From Eledone cirrhosa (taxonomy: Eukaryota), in NCBI GenBank assembly GCA_964016885.1, contig OZ024743.1:365862001-365926000 (forward strand): a DNA stretch of 64,000 nt. Reading direction: 5' to 3'. Positions 52,409 through 64,000 of this stretch are shown one piece after another; position 1 is the first letter of the stretch, and each line of letters starts with the position of its first letter. The position numbers were made by a program, and so were the translations under genes. The notes beneath the pieces are model-generated. The model did not search any database and was not told the DNA's origin. It saw nothing but the letters and a program-made list of their open reading frames with translations.

Positions 52409-54730
52409 TTATGTAATATTCGGCTTGTAGTGGGAAAAAAGGGTTTTAGTTCGGTGACGGCAGAATAATGTTCGTTCAATTCTGTTATTCAGCAATTTCT
52501 TCTTGTGTGTGATTATGTAATAAATCTCAAGATTACACAATTTGCAGAAATTTTGGCTCCTGGAAAAGCTTTGGGTTTTAGCTAATTTCTCCCATTTTAG
52601 GGTAAACTTTTGATCGCTATCCCTGAGCGTCCAAGCTTTTTCTGCTAAAGTTGTTACATTTCTTTGGCTCTGGTGTTTTATTGAGTAAGAATGCCTATAT
52701 AATCGAAATTTAAACGATGTTGCCGTTGATCCCACGTAATACCACTCGTTGCCTCCGGATTTAATGGTACACTTATAAATAATATTTTTTTCCAGGCAGT
52801 TATTGCCGAGGGGGCAGTTGTCAGGATAGGTGCAGTTACAGTTGTGTACGTTGGGTTTTCTCTGGAGTAGTATTGCGGACCAACTTAGGTGTGGTTTATT
52901 TATGTTCTGTAGTGTATTGTCTACTGTTTTTTTTTGTGTTCTTTGTACTTAAGTTTTTAGTGTTTTCGTTTAACCTTCTAGTATTGATCTTGTTTATGTG
53001 TTGTTCAAGGTTTAACGCTGTAGAGTATGACAGTCTTATAGTGGTAGGGTTTAGGATTTTGTGGTATTTGTGTGATGTAGGAAAATGTCTCTTAATTATT
53101 TTAAAGAAGAGTACTGGTAAATGTGTACTAATGGAACTATTGTATTCGGGGTTATACCATAAGTACTCTTCGCATCGCTTTCTATTAGTTTTGTTTGTTG
53201 GTTTACTGGTGTGCATACTATGGTAGTAAGTGTGGTTTGGTGTTGTGTTATTACATCTACCTATGTGGGATTTATTTTGGGTGTTTTGATTGTTCCCATC
53301 TATATACTCTATTTTGTTGGGTAGCCTGCTTTACTAAGGGCGTTATCGTAGTACTCGGCGTGTTCCTTAAATACTTGTATGTTAGAAGATAGACCCGAGA
53401 TTCTAAGGGAAATATTTTTAGGGATAGATTTAATTATAGAGATGGGGTGGTTAGACCCAACATTTACGTATTTGAGATTTTCATTCAATTTATGAAACGG
53501 TTTAATCAGACCAGAGTTTAAATTGAGTGTGACATCCAGGAAGTTAACTACTTTAAGGTTGTATTCATATGTTATAGTTAGTCCTGTTTCGAGTAGTAGT
53601 TTTCTTATATCTTTGCGTAGTTTTTCTAGTTTTTGGTTATTTAGGTTTTTAACTAGGAGGAGAACATCGTCGCGGTATATTCCGCCGTGGAGATTGCTGA
53701 ATTTTTCATGGAGTCTAAAGGCGTTAAATAACCCCACAATATCAGTTATTTCCGCCGAATCGTTAGAGCCCATTGTTATGTCAAAGTTAGAGGGTCTATC
53801 TTTACGTACCCAATAACTGTTCTCAAATTTGACTATAGTTTTCCTAGCTTCTAATATAATCTTAATTTCATCGTTTGTAAGGTCAGAGTTATCCTTAGCA
53901 AACTTAATGGCTCTATTCAAAGTTTCAGGTGATATCGATGAGTAATATTCATCGATATCAAACTGGATAAACTTAGATTTATTCTTATTGCTAATGCTAT
54001 TAAATCATCTTATTGCTTCTTGGGTCTTCCCCCAGAGTTTAATGTTAACCTTAGCCTTAATTTGGGGGATGATTCTATCTAAGATATATTTGCTTATTTT
54101 ACCTATATCTGATTTAGAGGGGCAGATTAATCTAATTTTAGGGTCATTATCAAAGTTTACCTTATGGTCCTTAAGATTGAAGGTGGGTACTGCCGGTAAG
54201 AGTGGTCCTGTCCTATCTTCGATTCCAAGATTTTTCACTATTTCGCATGCCTCATCATTGATGTGCTTAAGAGTTAGTTCATTCGTTTTTCTATATTTTT
54301 TATGTAATTCTTTTCGAATGAAGTTGTTGTATGTAGTGCAATCCATAGTATACAGGTTTGATGTTTTGTCCGCTTTTACTACAATTCCTTTGGTGTTTTT
54401 AAGGTCGTCCAGTAGTTTTTTAATATCTTTCTGTAATTTGTTGTTGGTGTTACGTCCTTTGAATTTAATTTTAAGGATTAAGTTCATAAGGTCCTGCTCA
54501 AATGCATCTAATAGTGGGTTGGTGGGTGGGTTTTTACACGTTCTAAAACCGAATTTGTTGTTTACACCACTTTCTAATGGTGAGTTCATACGGCTTCTAT
54601 CATAGTGGAGCGTTTTCCACCTGACACGTCGAATGAATTCATTAGTTTTTTTAATCATACTCAATAAGTATTCCTTTTTACCTTGGGTTGGTATGTTTTT
54701 GAGTGACATAACCAGGTAGTGTTTTTCCAT
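52409..54730 (-). pseudogene. Penelope-like element, Naiad type: RT + GIY-YIG endonuclease, disrupted
   Basis: SLKNIP..EFIRRVRWK, KADKTSNLY, FDIDEYYSSI, FDITMGS, GIYRDD, VNFLDVTLN, SNHP, WYNP, CNC.....CPL...C, NIIYKC..YVGST, CKLC..LLN..CRH. One TGA at 54005 and frameshifts near 53310 and 52895. Confidence 0.9.
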
Positions 54731-54852
54731 TGTTGTGGTTGCGTTTGCTGTGCGGATTACTTTTGGAACTTCAACTGGAACCGTCGAGCCAACTCTACGT
54801 GAGCTGTCAATCTACTGTATGTAATATTTATATTACAACACAACAGAAAATA

Positions 54853-55561
<709 letters not shown>

Positions 55562-55562
55562 C

Positions 55563-56600
<1,038 letters not shown>

Positions 56601-56690
56601 TAAATAAACAAACAAACAAATAAATAAATATATAAACAGACTAAATAAAGATGGCGTAGACATACAATGTAACGGGAGGAAACAATAGCA

Positions 56691-56730
56691 CCACTGACGA
56701 TGTTGCAGATGTGCAACGAAAGAACTTTGA
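56691..56730 (+). ncRNA. Degenerate minimal hammerhead motif
   Basis: cca-CTGACGA-T-GTTGCA-gatg-TGCAAC-GAAA-GAAC-TT-tga. 6-bp stem II; stems I and III are imperfect. Confidence 0.5.
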
Positions 56731-56956
56731 TAAACTATATATATGTGTTTGTGTCTATATTGTATCTGTATTATTTTTGACCGTTGGTCAGTCAATGGCA
56801 ACATTGAGGACCGAATAAATTAGATTACCGATATAAAAGACACAGAAGCGAAAAGCGAAAACCAACCAAACAGTGAGTGTGTTCTGTTATTAATTCTGGC
56901 AAAATTACACAAATATGACCCTCCCCAAGTATAACAATATATATATATATATATAT

Positions 56957-57934
56957 ATAAACAGAGAAAGCCTTAAGCGATACTCCGACCAACTCCATCT
57001 CACTCAACAAACACTAGGATATACTTAAGTATTATCCAAATTTAGTGTTTCGTGTGATAACTAATCAGTATTTCGTGGATAGTTTGGTTGTATTATTTTA
57101 TATGAGACATTATTAAATAAATATCTCTTTCCTTTCAGACGGCCGTTTCGTTATAAGATTTCTACAATTTGGGATAAATAATTTCCAGGTTATGTAGAAA
57201 CTTGTATATAACCATAGTTTTATACACAAGAGGGCCCTTATAAACTCATCAGTGGATGCCCAAATAATATCGATATAAGAATTATATCGACATTAATCGA
57301 TTGGTGATGGTCTCCCTCAGCGCTAAGAAGAGACTGGTAGATTAGAAAATCCAGCAGTCCTCCCAAAGATAAAATACACGCTGTCCCCAAAAGGGTAAAG
57401 GGAGGTCATCTTAAAATAAAACAATATACACGCTGGTCATTTAAACCTGCTAGGTATTAACCGCGTGTATAAGAACTCATTTGGAAACTAAAAGAACAAC
57501 CATATGTATACACAACCAATGCACACGCAGAGATATTAAAACATAATAAATACATGTATGGATCACCCATATACACACATAGTTATTCTCTAAGGCTAAA
57601 TCAGACATGGGATACAAGGAAGATCAATCAGTATTTCATATAAAAATAATCATAATAATAAAGAGAGTCATACCTTATATCTGGAAATCATATCAAGCCC
57701 CCAAGAGTATATATTCAATACATAAACAGAGAAAGCCTTAAGCGATACTCCGACCAACTCCATCTCACCCAACAAACATTAGGATATACTTAAGTACTAT
57801 CCCAATTTAGTGTTTGGGGTGCTAACTAATCAGTATTTCGTGGATAGTTGGTTGTATTATTTTATATGTGATATTATTAAATAAATATCTCTTTCCTTCC
57901 AGACGGCCATTTCGTTATAAGATTTCTACAATTT
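56957..57934 (-). mobile_element. Non-coding pLTR/retrozyme-like element bounded by ~213-bp direct repeats
   Basis: 56957-57170 is repeated at 57722-57934, the repeat contains the 3' half of a hammerhead, and both flanks are TA-rich. Confidence 0.7.
57134..57256 (-). ncRNA. Type I hammerhead ribozyme with branched stem II
   Basis: tcca-CTGATGA-GTTTATAAG-[two hairpins]-CTTATAAC-GAAA-CGGCCG-TC-tgaa. The second repeat has tgga, which completes stem I. Confidence 0.78.
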
Positions 57935-57953
57935 TTACATGTTTGTGTATGTT

Positions 57954-58035
<82 letters not shown>

Positions 58036-58196
58036 AACATACACAAACATGCCCATATGCAGGTACATGTGAACGCACGTACACACAGCGATATGCATAC
58101 AAACGAACGGCCACTCATACAAATACATACAAACATGTAGTTATAAATATATACATATACACAGGCACACAAAAACAGCTCCACAAGCAGAAAATG

Positions 58197-58550
58197 TTTT
58201 CTTTAAATCCATCAACCATGACCTACCCCCAACGATCTTATAGACACCTGAAATATAAGCATTGTTAGCTTAAGAGAAACTTAAAAATAAGGAGTGGCAC
58301 CCCATTCTGAACCTGTTTATAGAATTCTTTCTGCCTTTGTTACTCTAAATATAAATTATAGCTTTAAAGAATTAGCTTTTAATGAATTCCCTTTCCTTTC
58401 AACCAATGACCTCCACCCATCCCACTCCCCACCCTCTCCTACCACCTGAAAAGATATAAATACCACAACATTTATTTTTGGAAAGCCAGATTCCTGATGC
58501 TTTCTAAAGAATGAAACAGTTCTAGTCCTGTAGAATCTCATCTATATTAA

Positions 58551-58554
<4 letters not shown>
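58197..58554 (-). repeat. Inverted copy of 50752-51107
   Basis: Reverse-complement match. Confidence 0.85.
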
Positions 58555-58590
<36 letters not shown>

Positions 58591-58645
58591 GTTATTCCGG
58601 TAAAACTTATATATATATATATATATATACGTTATTCCGGTAAAA

Positions 58646-58716
<71 letters not shown>

Positions 58717-58721
<5 letters not shown>

Positions 58722-59454
58722 AATAAAGATTCAGTGAGAATCGCATTTTCGGCAGGCAGGGAAAAGCGAAGCGAAACACAAAAATCAGAAATGATACTGG
58801 CAAAGTGCTCAATAGTTAAAAACCAGAGCTAATCAATGTGTTAAGAAGCCATACAAAACTGAAAAGGTGGTCAAGAAGACATTAACCACCCAAGCCAAAA
58901 ACCAAATCAAGCTAAACAGGTCAAAACAAAATAAATGATAAAAAATAAATAACAACCAGACCTGGACTCCCGGAATTGCTGTTAAAATCCGATGTAGAGT
59001 TTCTGTGACACCTAAATAAAAATACAGTCTGCTTAAAAATAAGCTTTGTGTATAACGATTGAACAAGGAATATCACGTTATCAACAGGTATTTCGCTCTG
59101 TACCAAATAAGTGAATGACACGGTGGTTAGTTAAAGCACATGGGGAAATCACAAGGAGGATAACCCCACATTTTGGCAAAGTAATTCAGTTGGTGTAAAT
59201 CATGCTAAAAATAGCACAAATCGAATAAGTTCTCAACCGAGTAGTTTAAAATAAACTTATACAATTAACCTGCCAATAGAAATTATTAACAAGTTAATTG
59301 TAAGACACGGGAGATTAATACAAATAAAGATTCAGCGAGAATCGCATTTTCGGCGGGCAGGAAAAAGCGAAGCGAAACGCAAAAATCAGAAATAATACTG
59401 GCAAAGTGCGCAATAGTTAAAAACCAGAGCTAAACAATGTGTTAAGAAGCCATA
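58717..59454. mobile_element. Non-coding element with 137-bp terminal direct repeats in (TA)n
   Basis: 58717-58853 is repeated at 59318-59454 (period 601); no TG..CA ends. Confidence 0.6.
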
Positions 59455-59458
59455 TATA

Positions 59459-60047
59459 TATAAACGTTTGTATTTGTAAAGCCAAAACAATGCAGATATG
59501 GATATAGAATATAAATGCAAATGCAATGATATTGTTGACAATTAGTCTTTTACCTTAAATGTATTTAAATATCCTTAATTTTCGAGATAATGTCTCTACT
59601 TCGGAGAGAAGTAAAGTTTTTAAACCAGCGTTCTAAATAGCTTGCCAAGACACTTAAACATACATGTACAAAACCCCTTTTAAAGAGAGACTACTCTTTA
59701 TCGACCTAACCTTCACTCTTTGACATTAGAGATAGAACAGATTGTCTATACCATTTCCTGTCAGCATGACTTGGCAAGCTATTTAGAACGCTGGTTTAAC
59801 AACTTTACTTCCCTCCGAAGAAGAGATATTATCTCGAAAATTAAGGATATTTAAATAAATTTAAGGTAAAAGACTAATTGTCAACAATATCTTTTGCATT
59901 TGCATTTATATTCTATATCCATACTTGCATTGTTTTGGCTTTACAAATACAAACGTTTATACCTCATTACACAATGCTTAACTATAACTTCCTCCATATA
60001 TAACGTTTATACCTCATTACACAATGCTTAACTATAACTTCCTCCAC
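59459..60047. mobile_element. Inverted-repeat (inverted pLTR-like) element: ~190-bp arms, ~120-bp spacer, duplicated ~46-bp tail
   Basis: 59459-59649 mirrors 59770-59961; homologous to 60985-61445. Confidence 0.75.
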
Positions 60048-60440
60048 ATATATATATATTGATGTCTAATATATGATAGTTTCAAAACGACTCCGCAGGC
60101 TAAGTCTTTAGAATATAAATTGAAAATAGGGAGCGCACAAGACAAAGTCAATGGAAAAGAAAACAACAGAAAGACGGACAGTCCCATCCCCTCAAGCAAC
60201 CCCTGGAAAACACTATGGTTTCGGTATTTGATGTCGATATGCATTCCAATGCACATTGGGACATAACAAAACAGGTACAGACAGGTTATACCTTTTTTCA
60301 AATTACACAAATGTAGAGTGAGCAAGGGTTTAGCCACGTGAAATAGTAAAACAGAAGACTGTAAGGACTGCTGCCCAACGTGCAGACCAAAGAAGGACAC
60401 TGACGCGTAGAAAAGATATATATATATATATATGTATATA

Positions 60441-60790
60441 TCATCATCATCATCATCATCATCGTTTAACGTCCATGTTCCACGCTTGCATGGGTTTGGA
60501 CGGGAGTTTTCCCACTTGAGGCAAGAGTGGTTGTCATTGCTCGCATAGGACTGTCTGGCGGGTTTTCTACAGCTGGATGCCCTTCCTAACACCAACCACG
60601 TTTACAGTGTGGGGCTGGGAGGTTTTTACCGTGTTGCCTACACGACCACATTACAGCGTGGACTGTGTGTTTTTTTGTCGTGACACCTACACGATCTCAT
60701 TTGTTTCGGCCTGGATGTTGTGGCACCAACATAACTTTACATTGAAAGGGGCGGTGTGGATGGGGGGGGACGATGGTGTATTTTGTTAGA
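60441..60790 (-). mobile_element. RTE 3' UTR fragment with (GAT)n tail
   Basis: Shares tttctacagctggatgcccttcctaacaccaacc and the (CAT)n tail with 495-800. Confidence 0.75.
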
Positions 60791-60882
60791 GATGCCTACT
60801 GACTGTAGTAGGTTTTACTTTGTATTTAGGTAAGGCGGGTCTTCTCTATTACTGAGTACCGCCATATATATATATATATATA

Positions 60883-60949
<67 letters not shown>

Positions 60950-60952
60950 ATG

Positions 60953-60984
<32 letters not shown>

Positions 60985-61404
60985 TATAAACGTTTGAATA
61001 TGTGTAATAAGGCCAAGACAATGCAGGTATGGACATAGAAAAAAGAATGCAATAGTGAAAGATATTGATGTTAATTCGTCTTTCACCTTGAATTTATTTA
61101 AATGTCCTTAATTTTCGAGATAATATCTCTTCTTCGGAGGGAAGTAAAGGTCTCAAACCAGCGTCTTTAAATCTCTAGTCAAGCCATGCTGACCGGTCAG
61201 CATGGCTTGACTAGAGATTTAAAGACGCTGGTTTGAGACCTTTACTTCCCTCCGAAGAAGAGATATTATCTCGAAAATTAAGGACATTTAAATAAATTCA
61301 AGGTGAAAGACGAATTAACATCAATATCTTTCACTATTGCATTCTTTTTTCTATGTCCATACCTGCATTGTCTTGGCCTTATTACACATATTCAAACGTT
61401 TATA
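60985..61404. repeat. Perfect 420-bp spacerless palindrome
   Basis: Centre ...gctgacc|ggtcagc... at 61194/61195; 210-bp arms with no mismatch seen. Confidence 0.92.
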
Positions 61405-61442
61405 CCTCATTACACAATGCTTCAAGTGAACTATAACCTCCT

Positions 61443-61500
<58 letters not shown>

Positions 61501-61605
61501 ATGTATGTATATGTATATATATATATATCACTTAGAAATCGATTGACATATATATATATATAAAATAAACGTATGAAACAATCGACATCCTTAATTTTAT
61601 TTTGG

Positions 61606-61644
<39 letters not shown>

Positions 61645-61743
61645 AATATGATAATAATGGAGCTGCGGTGTTGCAAATGGGTTACATATAAAAAAGTGAG
61701 TCCTTCATCAGTGACCCTCCAACCGTCCCAGGCATTTCATCGC

Positions 61744-61791
<48 letters not shown>

Positions 61792-61905
61792 CTTCATATA
61801 TGCAATAATGTATATTGTATACGTATATACAGTGATACATACATACATGATGGCTGCCCCCTCGTTATCGAGTATGGCCATTGCACGAGAAGAAAAAAAA
61901 AAAAA

Positions 61906-61965
<60 letters not shown>

Positions 61966-61969
<4 letters not shown>

Positions 61970-64000
61970 GACATAGGAAAGCTTGAGTCACTACTGAATG
62001 GGACACTAAAAAACATAGGCACTAAAAATAGACTGGAAATAAAGTACAAAACTAGGAGGAAAAAGCTAAATATTATCATAGAGGAACTGAAGCAACGCAT
62101 TGTAGCAAAGAGTGCAAAAATCAGGCGATACGAGAACAGAGTCAGTCAGTATAAACAGAACCGCATGTTCGACAACAACCAGAAGATGCTGTTTGGACAG
62201 CTTGAGGGGAAAGCAAGAGGCAACGACTTGATCCCTGGGGCGGAGCAAACTAAAACATTCTGGAGAGGAATATGGGAGCAGGATGTTAGACATAATGTCC
62301 AGGCAGGGTGGATTGAGACAGTACAGAGGGAGATCGGTGAGCAGGCACACCAACAAACTGATTTGAGTATCACAGTTGAAACTCTTAAGGGGCAGGCCAA
62401 AAAACTAACCAACTGGAAATCACCAGGCCCAGATGGTGTGCAGGGGTATTGGATTAAAAATTTAACATCCCTCCACCCGAGGCTGACGGCCATGTTCAAT
62501 GACTGCTTGGTGTCGGGTGAGGTGCCAGAGTGGTTGACAAAAGGTACCACAGTTCTGATAATGAAAGACCGAATCAAGGGTAATGATGTTACCAACTATA
62601 GACCTATCACATGTCTGTCCGTAATGTGGAAACTGTTGACGAGCATTGTGTCTGAGGAAATCTACCATCACCTCCACACAAACAACTTGTTACCGGACGA
62701 ACAGAAAGGATGCCGAAAGAAGTCACGTGGTACAAAGGACCAGTTACTTATTGATAAGATGGTAATGGGGGATTGCAGGAGGAGACACACTGATATTGCC
62801 ATGGGATGGATAGACTACAGAAAGGCATTTGACATGGTGCCTCATTCTTGGATCACCAAAAGCCTGGAGATCTTCAGGGTGGCAGATAACATCAGACAGT
62901 TGCTGGGAAGGAGTATGGGGTCCTGGGAGACAGAGTTGACATCAACTGGAGTATCCTTGGGAAGCGTGAAGATCAAGAGAGGTATCTTCCAGGGAGATAG
63001 CCTGTCCCCTCTGTTGTTTGTCCTTGCCCTGATGCCCTTGACCATTATGCTGCGAAAAGTGAGAGCAGGATACAAGTTGGGAAAGGGAGAGCTTACCATC
63101 AATCACCTCCTCTTCATGGACGATCTTAAGCTCTTCGGGAAAAGTGAGAGGGAGTTGGATGTGCTTGTTGACACTGTCCGTATTTTCAGCAGTGATATAT
63201 GTATGCAGTTTGGTATTAGTAAATGTGGAGTCATTGTGATGAGGAGGGGTAGGTTGAGCAGAAGTAACGGGATCCAGATACCAACAGGTGAGATGATAAA
63301 GGAAATTGACTCTGAGGAAGGATACAAGTATTTGGGCGTTCTGGAGGCTGTTGGCATAAAGAACAAAAAAATGAAGGAATTGTTAAGAACTGAATACATT
63401 CGGAGAATAAGGAGCGTATTGAAGTCACATCTGAACAGCAGAAATGCCATAAGCGCAGTAAATTCCCGAGCTGTGTCTATTATTAGGTACAGTGCGGGAA
63501 TTCTGAGATGGAATGTTGCTGAACAAAAAGAAATGGATAGGAAGACTAGGAAGCTATTGACTATCTACAACATGTTCCACAAGAGGAGTGATGTCGATAG
63601 ACTCTACCTAAGGAGATCTGAGGGTGGAAGAGGTCTTATCAGCATAGAGGACTGTGTTTAGATGGAGAAAAAGAACCTATACAAATACGTGACCTATAGT
63701 AAGGAGCCAATGCTCAGAACTGTACTGAAGGAGGGGACAGTAGGCCAGGGGATGTCCAAGGAGGAAATAACATCAAGGAGGAAGAGCAGCCTTAAGGGAA
63801 AATCCCTTCATAGTACCTTCTTTGAGAAAACTGAATTTAGAGATCCACAGACATGGAACTGGTTGAGAAGGGGAGACCTCAAAAAGGCTACAGAAGGAAT
63901 GCTAATGGCTGCGCAGGAGCAGGCCCTCAAAACGAAGTGGTGGTTGAAGCACCATATTTACAAGGAGGAGGCTAGCCCACTGTGCAGGATCTGTGGAGAG
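61966..64000 (+). mobile_element. 5'-truncated copy of the TAA-associated Dong-like element (runs off the window)
   Basis: Matches 22620 onward with roughly 20 substitutions, starts in (AAT)n, and has a CAG>TAG stop at 63659-63661. Confidence 0.92.

Noticed and set aside
54005-54007. In-frame TGA as possible selenocysteine in the Naiad
   Set aside because: It falls at the usually Trp position (EAIR*F), not a Cys position, and the copy is also frameshifted.
61808-63661. 617-aa ORF with a poly-Ile N-terminus, resembling a membrane-anchored RT
   Set aside because: Chance in-frame fusion of (ATA)n target repeat to a truncated Dong copy; it ends at a nonsense mutation.

Overview
Eukaryotic, transposon-saturated, microsatellite-rich window with no host gene I can support. 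The tRNA-headed SINE family and the abundant TA/TACA/TAA repeats suggest a cephalopod (Octopus-like) genome; this is inference. Nearly all long ORFs are retroelements sitting inside microsatellites. (1) Three R4/Dong-like restriction-endonuclease (RLE) LINE lineages: one in (TACA)n and two in (TAA)n, with one 1130-aa ORF uninterrupted. (2) Tx1-clade APE LINEs (ORF1+ORF2) in the same (TAA)n tract on the opposite strand: a tandem pair of 6.03-kb copies plus a diverged relative. (3) A decayed Naiad-type Penelope-like element (RT + GIY-YIG) surrounded by hammerhead-ribozyme motifs, pLTR-like direct repeats and fold-back palindromes. (4) A 609-bp non-coding element with an RTE-like head, found four times in TA/TACA repeats. 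Also present are RTE fragments, SINEs, non-autonomous Helitrons, MITE-like hairpins and a hAT-like fragment. Most short ORFs in the track are microsatellite artefacts. All alignments and folds were done by eye.
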